A DNA stretch of 64,000 nucleotides from Nitrospirales bacterium (GCA_965203295.1 CBDBCZ010000019.1:1120001-1184000); one strand, 5' to 3'. Positions 9,425 to 19,561 are shown, counted from the first letter of the stretch. Notes: a model not told the origin generated them from the letters alone. Made by a program: numbers and translations.

Positions 9425-9805
9425 CAGCGCTTTTCAATGATCGTGAGCTGAATGGCAACACGATTGCCGTTTGGGCATTGGTGTTTATCTTTCCTTTGCT
9501 CCTTGGCCTCAGAACTTTCTCAACGGTCGAACTCTTCAACTCACTTGCCTGACCACTATCGTTCAAGCTTCTCCGACCAAGTATCGAAATCGTCCAAGTG
9601 GCGTGAACCGACTACTAAAGAGCCTGATTGGCGAGCACCAGCTTCGCCACAAATCGAATGGCGATCAGATGTGGACCGAGCACCTTCCCAATCTTTCGAA
9701 GACCGAAATGCGGATTTGTACCCTAAATACGGTCCAGGCGGATCTTCGACATTTGATTCGTCAACGCCCGAGGACAGATCGGGCATTAAATTATTCGGGT
9801 TCTGA
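9421..9805 (+). pseudogene. Hypothetical exported protein, probable +1 frameshift near 9490
   Basis: ATG 9421 overlaps the SBP stop (ATGA) and encodes a hydrophobic leader; the long open frame (to ...GIKLFGF) is shifted by +1. Confidence 0.45.
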
Positions 9806-9982
9806 CGCTAATTTGCAGCGCGACCATTAATGTTGGGGGTAGATTTTTCAATCATACCTGATGTTATGCTGGGCGCTTAAGCTGCCGACTCACCGTCGCA
9901 TAGCGGCACTCTCCAACTGCTCCGCAATCTTCCACATTAAAGGGGGTTTATCCGCCGATAAACGATAGGCTATGCTTGGTTC

Positions 9983-10402
9983 ATGCGTGAGACGATTGCC
10001 CTGCAAACAACACAGCACGAGGAACTGATCGATATTACCGAAGCCGTGCGCGCGATTGTGAAGCAAAGCCCGATACGGAATGGGATCGTCCAGGTGTATG
10101 CTCAGGGTGCGACGGCTGCCATGATGATCCAAGAAAATTGGGATGAGAGCGTCCAACTTGATGTCGTCAGCCTTCTCCGCAAACTGATTCCTCCCGGTGT
10201 GTGGCTTCATGATGCACAAGATGGCAATGGTGATGCCCATCTAAAAGCCGGTCTTGTGGGTCCATCGGAAACGATTCCAGTCATTGATGGTCAGTTGGGC
10301 TTGTCACGCTGGCAGAACATTTTTTTCTGTGAATTTGATGGCCCGCGTGCTGAGCGGCGCGTGGTTTGTACACTGATTCGTGACTCTGATGATGGAGGGT
10401 AA
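9983..10402 (+). CDS. yjbQ: YjbQ/UPF0047 secondary thiamine-phosphate synthase family
   Basis: ATAAMMIQEN, NGDAHLK, WQNIFFCEFDGPR motifs. Confidence 0.9.
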   Translation: MRETIALQTTQHEELIDITEAVRAIVKQSPIRNGIVQVYAQGATAAMMIQENWDESVQLDVVSLLRKLIPPGVWLHDAQDGNGDAHLKAGLVGPSETIPVIDGQLGLSRWQNIFFCEFDGPRAERRVVCTLIRDSDDGG

Positions 10403-10405
10403 GCA

Positions 10406-10528
10406 ACTGGACCCTGACAAGATCCCACTCTGTTAGGAATTAAACGTGTTTGCAGTTGAAGGAAACTTTCTGCTGCGCGGCTCTTTCTCGCAAAGCTATA
10501 AAGTAAAATGGTCAGAAAACGGTCCAGT
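10406..10528. repeat. Degenerate inward-facing REP-like motif pair around ~107 bp
   Basis: ACTGGACC (10406-10413) is inverted to GGTCCAGT (10521-10528); GGTCAGAAAAC (10510-10520) is identical to 13024-13034. Confidence 0.5.
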
Positions 10529-10546
10529 CTTTTGTTGACTCAATAT

Positions 10547-11183
10547 TTATTTCACTTCCCTTTTACCACTCGCTCTGCGTGACTTAAGCCTGCTTTGAGG
10601 GATCAGTATCCCTTCCTCGCTGCCAAGCATCTCTCCTCTACCCATGAGAAACCAACGCCCAACTAGCGCTGCGGTCATTGCATCCAGTTCATCGCTTGTC
10701 ATCTCCGTCCTCAATCCCCTTACTCCAAGATCCTTCAGCCCACGCAAGAGCCCTTTGAGGTCGTGGTGTTGACGGGGAATTCCCCCATACGTCTTGTGCG
10801 GCACCGGGGTAGCATTCGACCACCCGATAACCCAGTGTTTCTATTTTTGCTTTGAGTGCCAGGCCGCGTTCAGTCAACATTCGCATGGGACCGAGTATAA
10901 TCGGGAAAAATCTGATCCGACGGCGCTGTAATTCACGATCGCATTCACGAAGATGCTCACCTGAGCGTTCGTGGATTATCTTGCGTCCGGTTGGCAAACT
11001 CAGTGGCGCATCAATCAGAACAAGGTCCGGTTTCGCTTGATCGACTGCGCTCAGAATTTCCTCATCAGGATGCGCGATGTATGTTCGCGCCGTCATGCCA
11101 TGCAAGATGCAGATGCCGGTTGGACGGCGAGAAGAGCCAGCCAGATCGATGCCAACAATAACAGTCGGTTTGCGGTATGTCAT
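10547..11183 (-). pseudogene. DUF429 family (predicted RNase H-like nuclease), frameshifted
   Basis: GIDLAG, IDAPLS, RECDREL, ECYPG in one frame; GIPRQ...DELDAMTAA continues in another. Extra base in the C5 run at 10782-10786. Confidence 0.85.
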
Positions 11184-11347
11184 AACAACTTCACCCTTTT
11201 TTCTTAATCATATAGGGCAACCACCACTTTACACGGATGTAACATGACTGACTCCCTCTGGTAACAATCCTCCCATATGCTATGGAATAAGAAGGTTACT
11301 TCAGGTTTATTGGGAGGGTCCACTGCATGCCATCTAATTTTCAAAGA

Positions 11348-12208
11348 ATGAGTTGCTTTATCCAATTGTTTATCGTCCTTGTGTTCCTGGGGAGTCACAT
11401 TGGGTGTGCGGGTGTGAATTCAATGAATAATGACGTTTCAGTCTTTCCTCCTACTGCTCTTGTTCAGGGAAACCAGTTGTTTTATGAGGGAAAGCTAAAC
11501 GAAGCAGAAGCCATTTTTTCAGAAGCTCTGCAAGAAAATCTTGATCAGCCCAAAATCTTGAATGCGCGCGGCTATGTTTACGCTAAGCAAGGGGATTGGG
11601 ACAGGGCGATCAAAGACTTTGAACAGACTGTGAGGCTGTCTTCTCAAGATACGCAATATACAGAAAACCTTGGTATAGCCTATTTGCAAGCTGGATTTCC
11701 TGAAAAAGCTCTACACGAGTTTTCGCACGTTCTAGAACATTCGCCAGATTTACCACGGACATTGAATCACCGTGGTTTGGCCTTGAGTCAACTGGGAAGG
11801 CATCATGAAGCCATTCAAGATTTTTCACTAGCATTGCGGCACGACAATCAAAATGCCGAGATTTATCTCAACCGAGCTGTGGCATATGTGAAAATCGGTT
11901 TGCGAGCGAAGGCGAGAAAAAATCTGGATCAAGCGATTAGTCTTAATCGTTCACTGCCTCAAGCATATGAAAGTCGAGGGCTTCTGGCACTCATGGATGA
12001 AGAGATTCAGTTAGCAATAGAAGATTTCACAACGGCCATTAAGCTTGGCTCAGATGGAGGGTTGGTTCATTACAATCGAGGAGTCGCACTATCTATGGCA
12101 GGGGATGTCGCGAAAGCTAAAGAAGAATATCATCTAGCGTGTGAACGAAAGATTTTCCAAGCCTGTGGTAAATTTGTCAAGCCAACTCGAGTGCGTCAAT
12201 TATTGTAA
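11348..12208 (+). CDS. Tetratricopeptide-repeat lipoprotein
   Basis: Hydrophobic leader ending IGC; repeated 34-aa TPR units (NARG, NHRG, LNRA, ESRG, YNRG). Confidence 0.85.
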   Translation: MSCFIQLFIVLVFLGSHIGCAGVNSMNNDVSVFPPTALVQGNQLFYEGKLNEAEAIFSEALQENLDQPKILNARGYVYAKQGDWDRAIKDFEQTVRLSSQDTQYTENLGIAYLQAGFPEKALHEFSHVLEHSPDLPRTLNHRGLALSQLGRHHEAIQDFSLALRHDNQNAEIYLNRAVAYVKIGLRAKARKNLDQAISLNRSLPQAYESRGLLALMDEEIQLAIEDFTTAIKLGSDGGLVHYNRGVALSMAGDVAKAKEEYHLACERKIFQACGKFVKPTRVRQLL

Positions 12209-12221
12209 AGATAGGATAAAG

Positions 12222-12827
12222 TCATAAACAAAGCCCCTGCCTGGCCTCAAAACAACAACCTCGGCAGGGACTTATGATCCAAGAACGCGTGGGCTTCGTG
12301 CCCGAGCAATAGGTTTTTTCCCTGACAGGGTATCCCGCATTCTCAACGTCTGGTTGAGTCCCAATTTCAGCATTCCCTGTCTTCCAAACGTGAAGGCAAC
12401 GCGCCTTAATATAGGGTAGCGTTTGGGATCCTCCTAAAGAAGCCATTGATTGGGTCCCTTGCATCTTCCCGACAACAAGGAATTTATTCCCATTCAAACT
12501 CCCCTCTGGCTCTAGTTTGCCAGGATAAAAGACGGCAAATCGGCCCTTGCTTCCTATAACAGTATCAGTCGGCCCATCGTATTCATTCTTGGGATATGGC
12601 AACCATTCAGCGGTGACAATGGTTCCTTCAGCTGTAGTCTCGACCCCAACTATACGTCCTGCAAGTTTAATCGCTCGACCTTGATACACATCAGGTTGTG
12701 CGGTTAAAACGCCAAATTCTGATTCTGACTTCAAAGCGTGACTTCCATTGGGAAGAGGAGATGTTGAGGCACATCCCATCAGGAATATTAGCAACCCCGC
12801 GGCGGATAGAATCATTATGTTTCTCAT
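12222..12827 (-). CDS. Slp family outer-membrane lipoprotein
   Basis: Lipobox LMGC; PDVYQGRAIKLAGRIV, GRF, PYIKARCLHVW; AGGAGG RBS. Confidence 0.8.
   Translation of the reverse strand: MRNIMILSAAGLLIFLMGCASTSPLPNGSHALKSESEFGVLTAQPDVYQGRAIKLAGRIVGVETTAEGTIVTAEWLPYPKNEYDGPTDTVIGSKGRFAVFYPGKLEPEGSLNGNKFLVVGKMQGTQSMASLGGSQTLPYIKARCLHVWKTGNAEIGTQPDVENAGYPVREKTYCSGTKPTRSWIISPCRGCCFEARQGLCL
12231..12273. terminator. Hairpin between convergent TPR and Slp genes
   Basis: AAGCCCCTGCC ... GGCAGGGACTT inverted repeat. Confidence 0.45.
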
Positions 12828-13021
12828 GATTCACCTCCTTAGTTTATAAATCTATTATTCTACCATCATTCTAATTAACCTACCTATAATATTCAATTAA
12901 CATTCACGTAACATTGAAAAATTTCATAATTGTGAAAAATTCGCACACTCGGATGCCCCAGCTCACAGTTTGGTTAATGCATAAACTTGGTGAAAGGAAA
13001 TGTGAGGATTAAAGAGATAAA

Positions 13022-13937
13022 GGGGTCAGAAAACAGGGGGGTTAAATCTTGCAATCATGCATAAAGCTGTTCTGCGTCTTTGAGTTGACGACTTATCGTG
13101 GCATAGTGACATCCCAACTCCTCAGCAATTTCTCGTAGTCGGTAGCCATAACGCCGGTATGCCTGCCATATCAATCGCTCACGGGGCAGGCGACGGGCCA
13201 TGAGAGTGGTCAAGGAGGGCCGCTGAGCCTGCATCTGACGACGAGGGATTTCTCGAAGGACTCGGTCTGGTTGATGCTTGGCCACAAATGCCTCGCTGCC
13301 TAAATAAATTTGACCTCGCACCTGCTCCCATGGACCAGACGCTCCTCGTCCCTCGCCCACGAACTCTTGATACGCTCGCTGAGTTTCGCGTTGTCGGCGG
13401 GCGAATTGGGCTAAGAGCCAGTCAATGGTCAGATAAGTAGGGACTAGACTGAGGCCGGCTGTCGCGCGATAACTGCTCCACCGCCAGTGTTTTGGCTGTG
13501 AGACCAGTTTGACGCGCACTGGGTTAAGCACCACGTAGCGGCAGAGTTCCAATAAACGGACGTCTTTCTCGACCAGAATCGCTTTGAAGCGGCCGGGAAA
13601 GAGATGGCCGACGCGGTGATACCGCCGATTGAATGCTTGTGTGTAGACGCCATTGAGCTAGCGCATGCCCAGAGAGAGGTTGGGGTGGGGAGTCTCGATG
13701 AGCAGGTGGTAATGATTGTCCAGTAAGCAGTAGGCATGGAAGAGCCAGCCATATCGATCGCTCACCTGAGCGAGGGTCTTAAGAAACTAAAGACGGTCTT
13801 GGTCATTCCGGACGATTTTTTGTCTGGCATTCCCTCGACCAGTAATGTGATAGAAAGCGTGAGCAAAGGCGAGGAGCAATGGACGAGCCATGAGTCAAGG
13901 CTAGCATAACAGATATGTGATTGCAAGACCTGACCCC
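13022..13937 (-). mobile_element. Y1/RAYT-like element with inverted TGATTGCAAGA...TGACCCC ends
   Basis: Right end TGATTGCAAGACCTGACCCC (13918-13937); left end reverse complement TGATTGCAAGATTTAACCCC...TCTGACCCC (13058-13022). Confidence 0.75.
13055..13891 (-). pseudogene. REP-associated Y1 tyrosine transposase with C-terminal HTH, two in-frame TAG stops
   Basis: MARP..YHITGRGNAR, HUH motif NHYHLL, GHLFPGRFK, RYVVLNPVR, WSSY. TAG at 13789-13787 and 13660-13658; 279 codons in one frame. Confidence 0.9.
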
Positions 13938-13969
13938 TCATTTGCTCAGTTGGTGGTCTCTTTAGATCG

Positions 13970-14703
13970 TTAATCCTTTGGTTTTGTCTTCACATATACA
14001 ATCAGCACGTAAAGCAGTATGCATAAATAAGTCAACCCAAATAAGAGAATGATGGATGGTATGGTTTTGGGAGGCCAGCTAAGAAAAAAAGCTGGAATTA
14101 TCACTGACAGGCCCGCAGCTATAATCGAGGCAAACCAAGTTTTCGAAAACCTCCACGCTGAAAATCTTCTTTCGCCTGCTGTTCTTTTTTGGCCTGCTCT
14201 TTTTGGTCGGACTCTTGTCTTTGTCGCTTTCTTAAAACCTTCAGAACTTGAGGCCATCCCACGGCTCCTGCCACCAAGTGCGCAAAGATGCTTCGCCTTG
14301 GTTTGATTTTTTGCCGTATGCCACTTTTTTCTCGTTCCTCAGTATCGTGTGAACCCTCATGACGATAGGCTTTTAAAGGATCAGGACATGCCCAAAGGAA
14401 AATCCTGATGGCAAGAAGCGCGATGAAAGAAATAAGAAGGAAAACGGATATTGCCAATTGCCTTTCCCGGTTCTTTAAATAGGTGACTTTCTCAACCATT
14501 GCATTTTTTGAGGCCATTTCTCTAGACGCACTTACCCGGCCTTTCTCCTTCTCATGCCCATCGATAAGCGGCGCACTTTGATGAACTATGACCTGCCGAG
14601 ACAAAATATCGATTTGATTCCCATGCCACTGATTCATTGAGACTAGATAAGCTCCTAGACCTACCACAACGATCAAGAGCGTGAACTGAAAATTATCCAG
14701 CAT
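13970..14703 (-). pseudogene. Hypothetical multi-TM membrane protein, probably one gene split by frameshift
   Basis: Overlapping ORFs 14703-14119 (2 TM) and 14257-13970 (C-terminal 2 TM). Confidence 0.45.
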
Positions 14704-14776
14704 TCATGTGCTCGCAGTTTGGTTTACTGAGGGCCAGATTGGTTGATGCATTCCATCCTACGATCATTTTGATTAA

Positions 14777-16185
14777 TTAGGCCTTTTCACTACTTTCCCT
14801 AAGCTCCTTATGATTTTGAATCTGTTCGACGATGGATTCTGCAGGATAGGTCACGATTTCAGCGAGAGTGGGGTGGTAATGCGGCATGGCAAGTAGGTCG
14901 CGGACGGTATCGTGGTAATACATCACGGCGATGAGTTCATGGATCAATTCCGCGGCTTCAGGTCCAACAATGTGGGCTCCCAGAAGTTTCCCGGTTGTTG
15001 GCTCAGCCAAGAGTTTGACATGACCATGAGTCTCACCGAAGGTGAGCGATTTCCCATGATCATTAAAGGGATAACTGGCCTTCACAAAAGGGATGCTCAA
15101 AGTATGACATTCTTTTTCACTCAACCCGACGCTGGCCACCTGAGGATCTGTAAAGACCACTTGGGTTTTAAGACGATCATCTTGGCGACGAGGTGACTGG
15201 TCACAGTGAGCGGCATTCCAACCAGCAATTTCTCCCTGTTGAATGGCAATGTGAACAATTTCATGAAGTCCATTGACATCACCGACCGCGAAAATGCGTG
15301 GTTGATTCGTCTGCATGGTTTCATCAACCAGAATTTTGCCTTTTCCTATTTCAATTTCCGCAGCCTTGAGGTTTAGGCATTCAATGTTGGTATGTCGACT
15401 CAGAGCCTGGAGAATAACTTCGCCGGAGACCGTTTTTTCTTGTCCTTCGTGTTTAAAGTGGGCGGCTTTCAATTCACCATCCTGGGTAAATCGAGTGAGC
15501 TGGGTGTTGGTGTAGACCGCCATCCCTTCTTCAAGAAATCGGTGCTCGACGGCTTGGGCTAGATCTTCGTCCCCCTGTGACAAGATATGCGCGCTGCGTT
15601 GGATCAAGGTGATCTTGGTGCCGATCCTTGAAAAGAATTGTGCAAGCTCGACGGCGACGGGCCCCCCTCCGAGAACCAACATCGAATAGGGTAGTTTCTG
15701 GAGTTCCAGTGCTTCGTCGCTGGTTATGTATCCAATCTCTTCCAACCCAGGGATGGGAACCCTGCTGACAGCTGATCCAGTGGAGATGATGAACGCTTTC
15801 GCCGAAAGTCGTTTTGCCCCTGCCTGGACCTCATGGGGAGAAAGAAATGATGCGCGTTCCTCATAGAGGGTAAAACGAAGTTCTTTCAGCGCTTTGATTC
15901 GGTCGTCAGCAAACTCACCAATCAGTTGAGTCTTTCGCTTAATAATAGCGGAGAGGTTTGCCTTCGCTGCTACGGGGTAAAGGCCGAATTCCTCGGCCCG
16001 TTTCATGAGAGAAATGACATCGGACGAGCGCAGAATGGTTTTGGTGGGCATGCAACCGCGCAGGATACATAGGCCACCTAAAGGGCCCTGGTCGATAATG
16101 CCGACGCTTGCGCCTTCGTTTCTGGCGGTTCTGGCTGCAGAATAGCCTGCTGGACTCCACCAATAATCAATATGTCATGAGTCAT
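14777..16185 (-). pseudogene. Dihydrolipoamide dehydrogenase/MerA-like oxidoreductase with N-terminal frameshift
   Basis: ATG 16185 MTHDILIIGG, then a missing G in GGT GGA G(G)T CCA GCA GGC; CILRGC disulfide lies upstream of the ORF-track start; PHYHPT at the C-terminus. Confidence 0.9.
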
Positions 16186-16297
16186 AACAGCACGTCTATC
16201 CAAAAGATTGTGGATTTAGTATGGCATCGTGGATGTGATTAGGTCTACAATAATGTGGTGATATTACCACAGTAGAATTTTGAGGAGAAAAGAAGGC

Positions 16298-16702
16298 ATG
16301 ATGAACGTGCTGTATAAGGATATGATCTTGCTTGGCATGATTTTAGTGTTAGGGGGCTGCGCCACAGCAACAGGTCCATTAGCAACATTGCCGACACAAA
16401 ACCCAGAGGCTGCTCAACACAACCTGGCCGGAATTAAAGAATACAACAATGGCCAGTGGGAAGATGCCAAGAGAAATTTTGAGTTGGCCATTCAAGCAGA
16501 TCCAAATCTGCCTGAAGTCCATTTTAATTTGGCTTTAGCTCTTCATAAACTAGACAAGCATGAGGAAGCGACCCAACACTTCACACGAGCAGGTGAATTA
16601 GCTCCTGATAATAAAGAGATCGTGGATTCATCACTCTATCGAAACCACCTGGGCATCTCTTCCACTGCTGAGAAACACATCAGTGGGGGATATCGGTATT
16701 AG
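16298..16702 (+). CDS. Small TPR lipoprotein
   Basis: Lipobox LGGC; two TPR units. Confidence 0.85.
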   Translation: MMNVLYKDMILLGMILVLGGCATATGPLATLPTQNPEAAQHNLAGIKEYNNGQWEDAKRNFELAIQADPNLPEVHFNLALALHKLDKHEEATQHFTRAGELAPDNKEIVDSSLYRNHLGISSTAEKHISGGYRY

Positions 16703-16798
16703 TGTTGCTCTAGAGAAGTTGTTCCGTTCCCCTACATTCCGCCAGTGCTCACCAAAGCCCTTGAAGGCCAGTGACCTCTCAACAAAGTGCTCTCTTAA

Positions 16799-17895
16799 TC
16801 AATAAACAATCATTTCCATAAAGGCTACCAGACCGATTCGTTTACCCTCCTCCGTTTCGACATTGACCTGCCATTCACAGGCATCACACGTTGTTTGAAT
16901 GTGTAGCTCCGGTACCCTTTTTCACGACCACCCGAAATGTTAATTGGGATGCGGTCGGTTGTTTCAAAGGGCCGTTCCATCTGTTCGTAATCTGATTGGA
17001 AAGGACGGTATTGCCAGTGATGGTAAATCGTGGTTTTCAAGCTCACCGGAGCAAAAACGGCGGTGAAACAGTAGGCAGGCCCCTCTCCTAGAAAAGGATC
17101 ATCGGAGTCTTGCCAGAACTGGTACCAGCTTCCCTTCTCAAACGTGAGGTGATAGACCCCCTTGGTTTTTTCAACCTTGTGATAGATTCCCCTATGCTTC
17201 AAAGAGAACGGAACGGGGGGAATCCAATTCAGAAAGTAGAAACTTACCATCACCACGACTAGCACGATGGCTGGTGAACTGGTGAAAAGTGGGCTCCACT
17301 TTGATTGATTGGGAATGCCGTGGAACGTGATGTAGGCAACTCGTATGATGACCGCAGTACTGAGGGCTGCCCCCAGTAAAAATACGATGGTATTCATCCA
17401 ACCGGTCAAGACCGGAAGGAAAAAAGTAAAAAAGCTGAACGTGACCATCGCATAAAGGGTGACGAGAAGCTTGAAGCTCGATAGGCGATTACGGAGAAAT
17501 TCGTTAGCGACGAGCAATAGAACAATGACTCCCAAAAAAATGGCAGAGGTATCGAAAGAAGCATTTTGGAAATAGACGATGGCATAAGCACTGAATAAAC
17601 CACCGAATAAAAATTGGAGTGCCATCACGTAGTAGGGTTGGAAGCGATGGAGGAGATTGGGAAAAGCCCACCGTTTGCCTGGGATAGGTTTGGGACCCAT
17701 CCCCATTTGGGTTCGGCCGGTCAGGATGATGAGTGTCCCGAGCAAGCTGACGTATAACAACAAGACAAGATTGTCCAATAGGCTATCAATTCGTGTCAAT
17801 GTCAGGCTGTCGTAGGTGACACCAGCGAAAAAGAAAATAACAGGAACAAACGGTTTGGCCAAAGAGATATGGGATTTTGTGATCGGCAACTTCAT
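16799..17895 (-). pseudogene. DUF2914 domain membrane protein, frameshift near C-terminus
   Basis: WIPPVPFSLK, YCFTAVFAP, SGGREKGYRSY. The expected PGEWQVNVETEEG tail is in a shifted frame (missing G ~16878). Confidence 0.8.
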
Positions 17896-17964
17896 AGATA
17901 ATGAAGAGTCTCAGTCGGATGAAAAATTGAGAGCGCTGTTATGTTCACCAGAATCGATGTGTGA

Positions 17965-18858
17965 TCAGAAAGTCGATTCATCATGGTCAATCTCTTCTTT
18001 CTTCCATTGTTTACGAATAGCGGTCGTCCGTTTGCGCTGTTTCTTGAACGTGTAAAAGACAAGCAGGGTAATGACTAACCACAGCATTGCAGAGTTCGTC
18101 GCAACAGGGATCCACCGGTTCCAGAGGGTCTGTCGATTCCAAAATTGTTCTTGAGCGCGATGAAGAGTCATAAAAGCGGTTTTTGCAAAGGCTTCGTGAA
18201 ACGGCATACCTTTCGCAATGAGCGCAAGGATGTGCTGAGGGAAATCAGGGCCGGTTTGTTCAAGAAGATCCGACGTGAAGGCGTGCGCGAGGACATAGGC
18301 GCGCCGGGCAGAGGCTCCATCTTTCAGAAACAATTCATTCAGCTCATCGAGCGAAATCTGGGTGTCTGATACCATGGCCCAAACAAGCCGAGCTCGGTCT
18401 TCGAGATCCCACGTACGTGCGGCGATCATGGCCAAACCCTCATCAAACCATCGGGGTACATGGTGTTCACCGGCTGCCCGGTGAGTCAAAATATGCCTTA
18501 TTTCATGGAAAAGAACACCTTCGATCGAATCATAGGGGTAGTTGGCGACGCGGTCAGTGAGCAGCACAATGGTGGAAGCCTGACTCAGCGCATAACCCGA
18601 AGCCCAAGCTGGCGCTTGCAGCGCGAGGCTGGATCCGTCTTGCGCAAGGATCACACGAATGGGTGGGCCGGGATGTTTGAGGCCAACCAAGTCCATCGTA
18701 GCAAGAAAAATCTGTGGATCTACTCCCCGGAGGCGTTTGGCTATAGGCTGCAATGATTCTGGTGATTCAATGATGAGCTGAGGGGCGGTGATCCCCATGA
18801 GGATGTTCGGATTTGCCAGCATCAAGGCTGTCATTAGGATGGTACCCTGTATTCTCAT
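17965..18858 (-). CDS. Peptidase MA-like metalloprotein
   Basis: HEIRH (HExxH) followed by VPRWFDEGLA; C-terminal TM anchor. Confidence 0.8.
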   Translation of the reverse strand: MRIQGTILMTALMLANPNILMGITAPQLIIESPESLQPIAKRLRGVDPQIFLATMDLVGLKHPGPPIRVILAQDGSSLALQAPAWASGYALSQASTIVLLTDRVANYPYDSIEGVLFHEIRHILTHRAAGEHHVPRWFDEGLAMIAARTWDLEDRARLVWAMVSDTQISLDELNELFLKDGASARRAYVLAHAFTSDLLEQTGPDFPQHILALIAKGMPFHEAFAKTAFMTLHRAQEQFWNRQTLWNRWIPVATNSAMLWLVITLLVFYTFKKQRKRTTAIRKQWKKEEIDHDESTF

Positions 18859-19010
18859 CCTTCGAAGGACTGTTGGGAGAGATCGCCGGTGACTCCTCCT
18901 GTCTTGCCCAATCCAGTATTGGGCCAATCTTTCGTTTTCTTGGTCGACTCTTCTTGGGTCCAATTGGTTCACTGTAGTCTTACGCCAAAGGTTGCAAGGT
19001 TACAGGGAAA

Positions 19011-19469
19011 ATGTCTCAATTGGAATCTCTCTCACACCCACTCCGATCTTATCTCCTGGTTTTGGTTCAATTTTGCTGTCTGGTAGGTCTTGTGTTTACT
19101 GGTCCTTGGATCGCTCATCGTGTGGAATATTTGATGCTAGAAGCCGGGGGAATTCTCTTGGGAGTCTGGGTCCTGTGGACGATGCGTTTATCTCGACTCC
19201 ATATTCTACCGGATGTCACCGCAGGAAGCTCATTAATCACTGATGGCCCGTATCGGTTCATTCGTCATCCTATGTATACAGCAGTCCTTCTGGTGTTTCT
19301 TACCCTCGCGTTGAATTCTTTCACGTGGTGGCGGGGTGTGCTTTGGATTGTCCTTCTGGTTGATTTGGTCATGAAGCTGACTTATGAAGAGCATCTCTTG
19401 GTTCAGCAATTTAAGGAATATCGTGATTATCAAAATCAAACGAAACGTCTTGTCCCGGGAGTGTATTAA
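19011..19469 (+). CDS. Isoprenylcysteine carboxylmethyltransferase (ICMT/PEMT) family
   Basis: LITDGPYRFIRHPMY, EEHLL...F..Y..Y motifs. Confidence 0.9.
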   Translation: MSQLESLSHPLRSYLLVLVQFCCLVGLVFTGPWIAHRVEYLMLEAGGILLGVWVLWTMRLSRLHILPDVTAGSSLITDGPYRFIRHPMYTAVLLVFLTLALNSFTWWRGVLWIVLLVDLVMKLTYEEHLLVQQFKEYRDYQNQTKRLVPGVY

Positions 19470-19561
19470 CTTTGAGAGGGTAATGCACAAGAAGCGAAAG
19501 GGCTGAGGTGCTACCACGAGAGCAAGAGCAAAACACCACTGAGGGCTCTTTCAACATCTCG

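Noticed and set aside
12931..12947. CRP/FNR box upstream of the Slp gene (TGTGA...GCACA)
   Set aside because: Spacing is N7 rather than N6 and the second half-site mismatches.
6089..13891. Amber (TAG) recoding, suggested by four in-frame TAGs in two genes
   Set aside because: carB, moaC, moaA and accD end at TAG at their expected C-termini, and other broken genes use TAA or TGA; ordinary nonsense mutation explains it.
6715..14738. Integron cassette array
   Set aside because: No tyrosine-recombinase integrase and no convincing attC (RYYYAAC...GTTRRRY) structures; the boundaries are TGACCC motifs.
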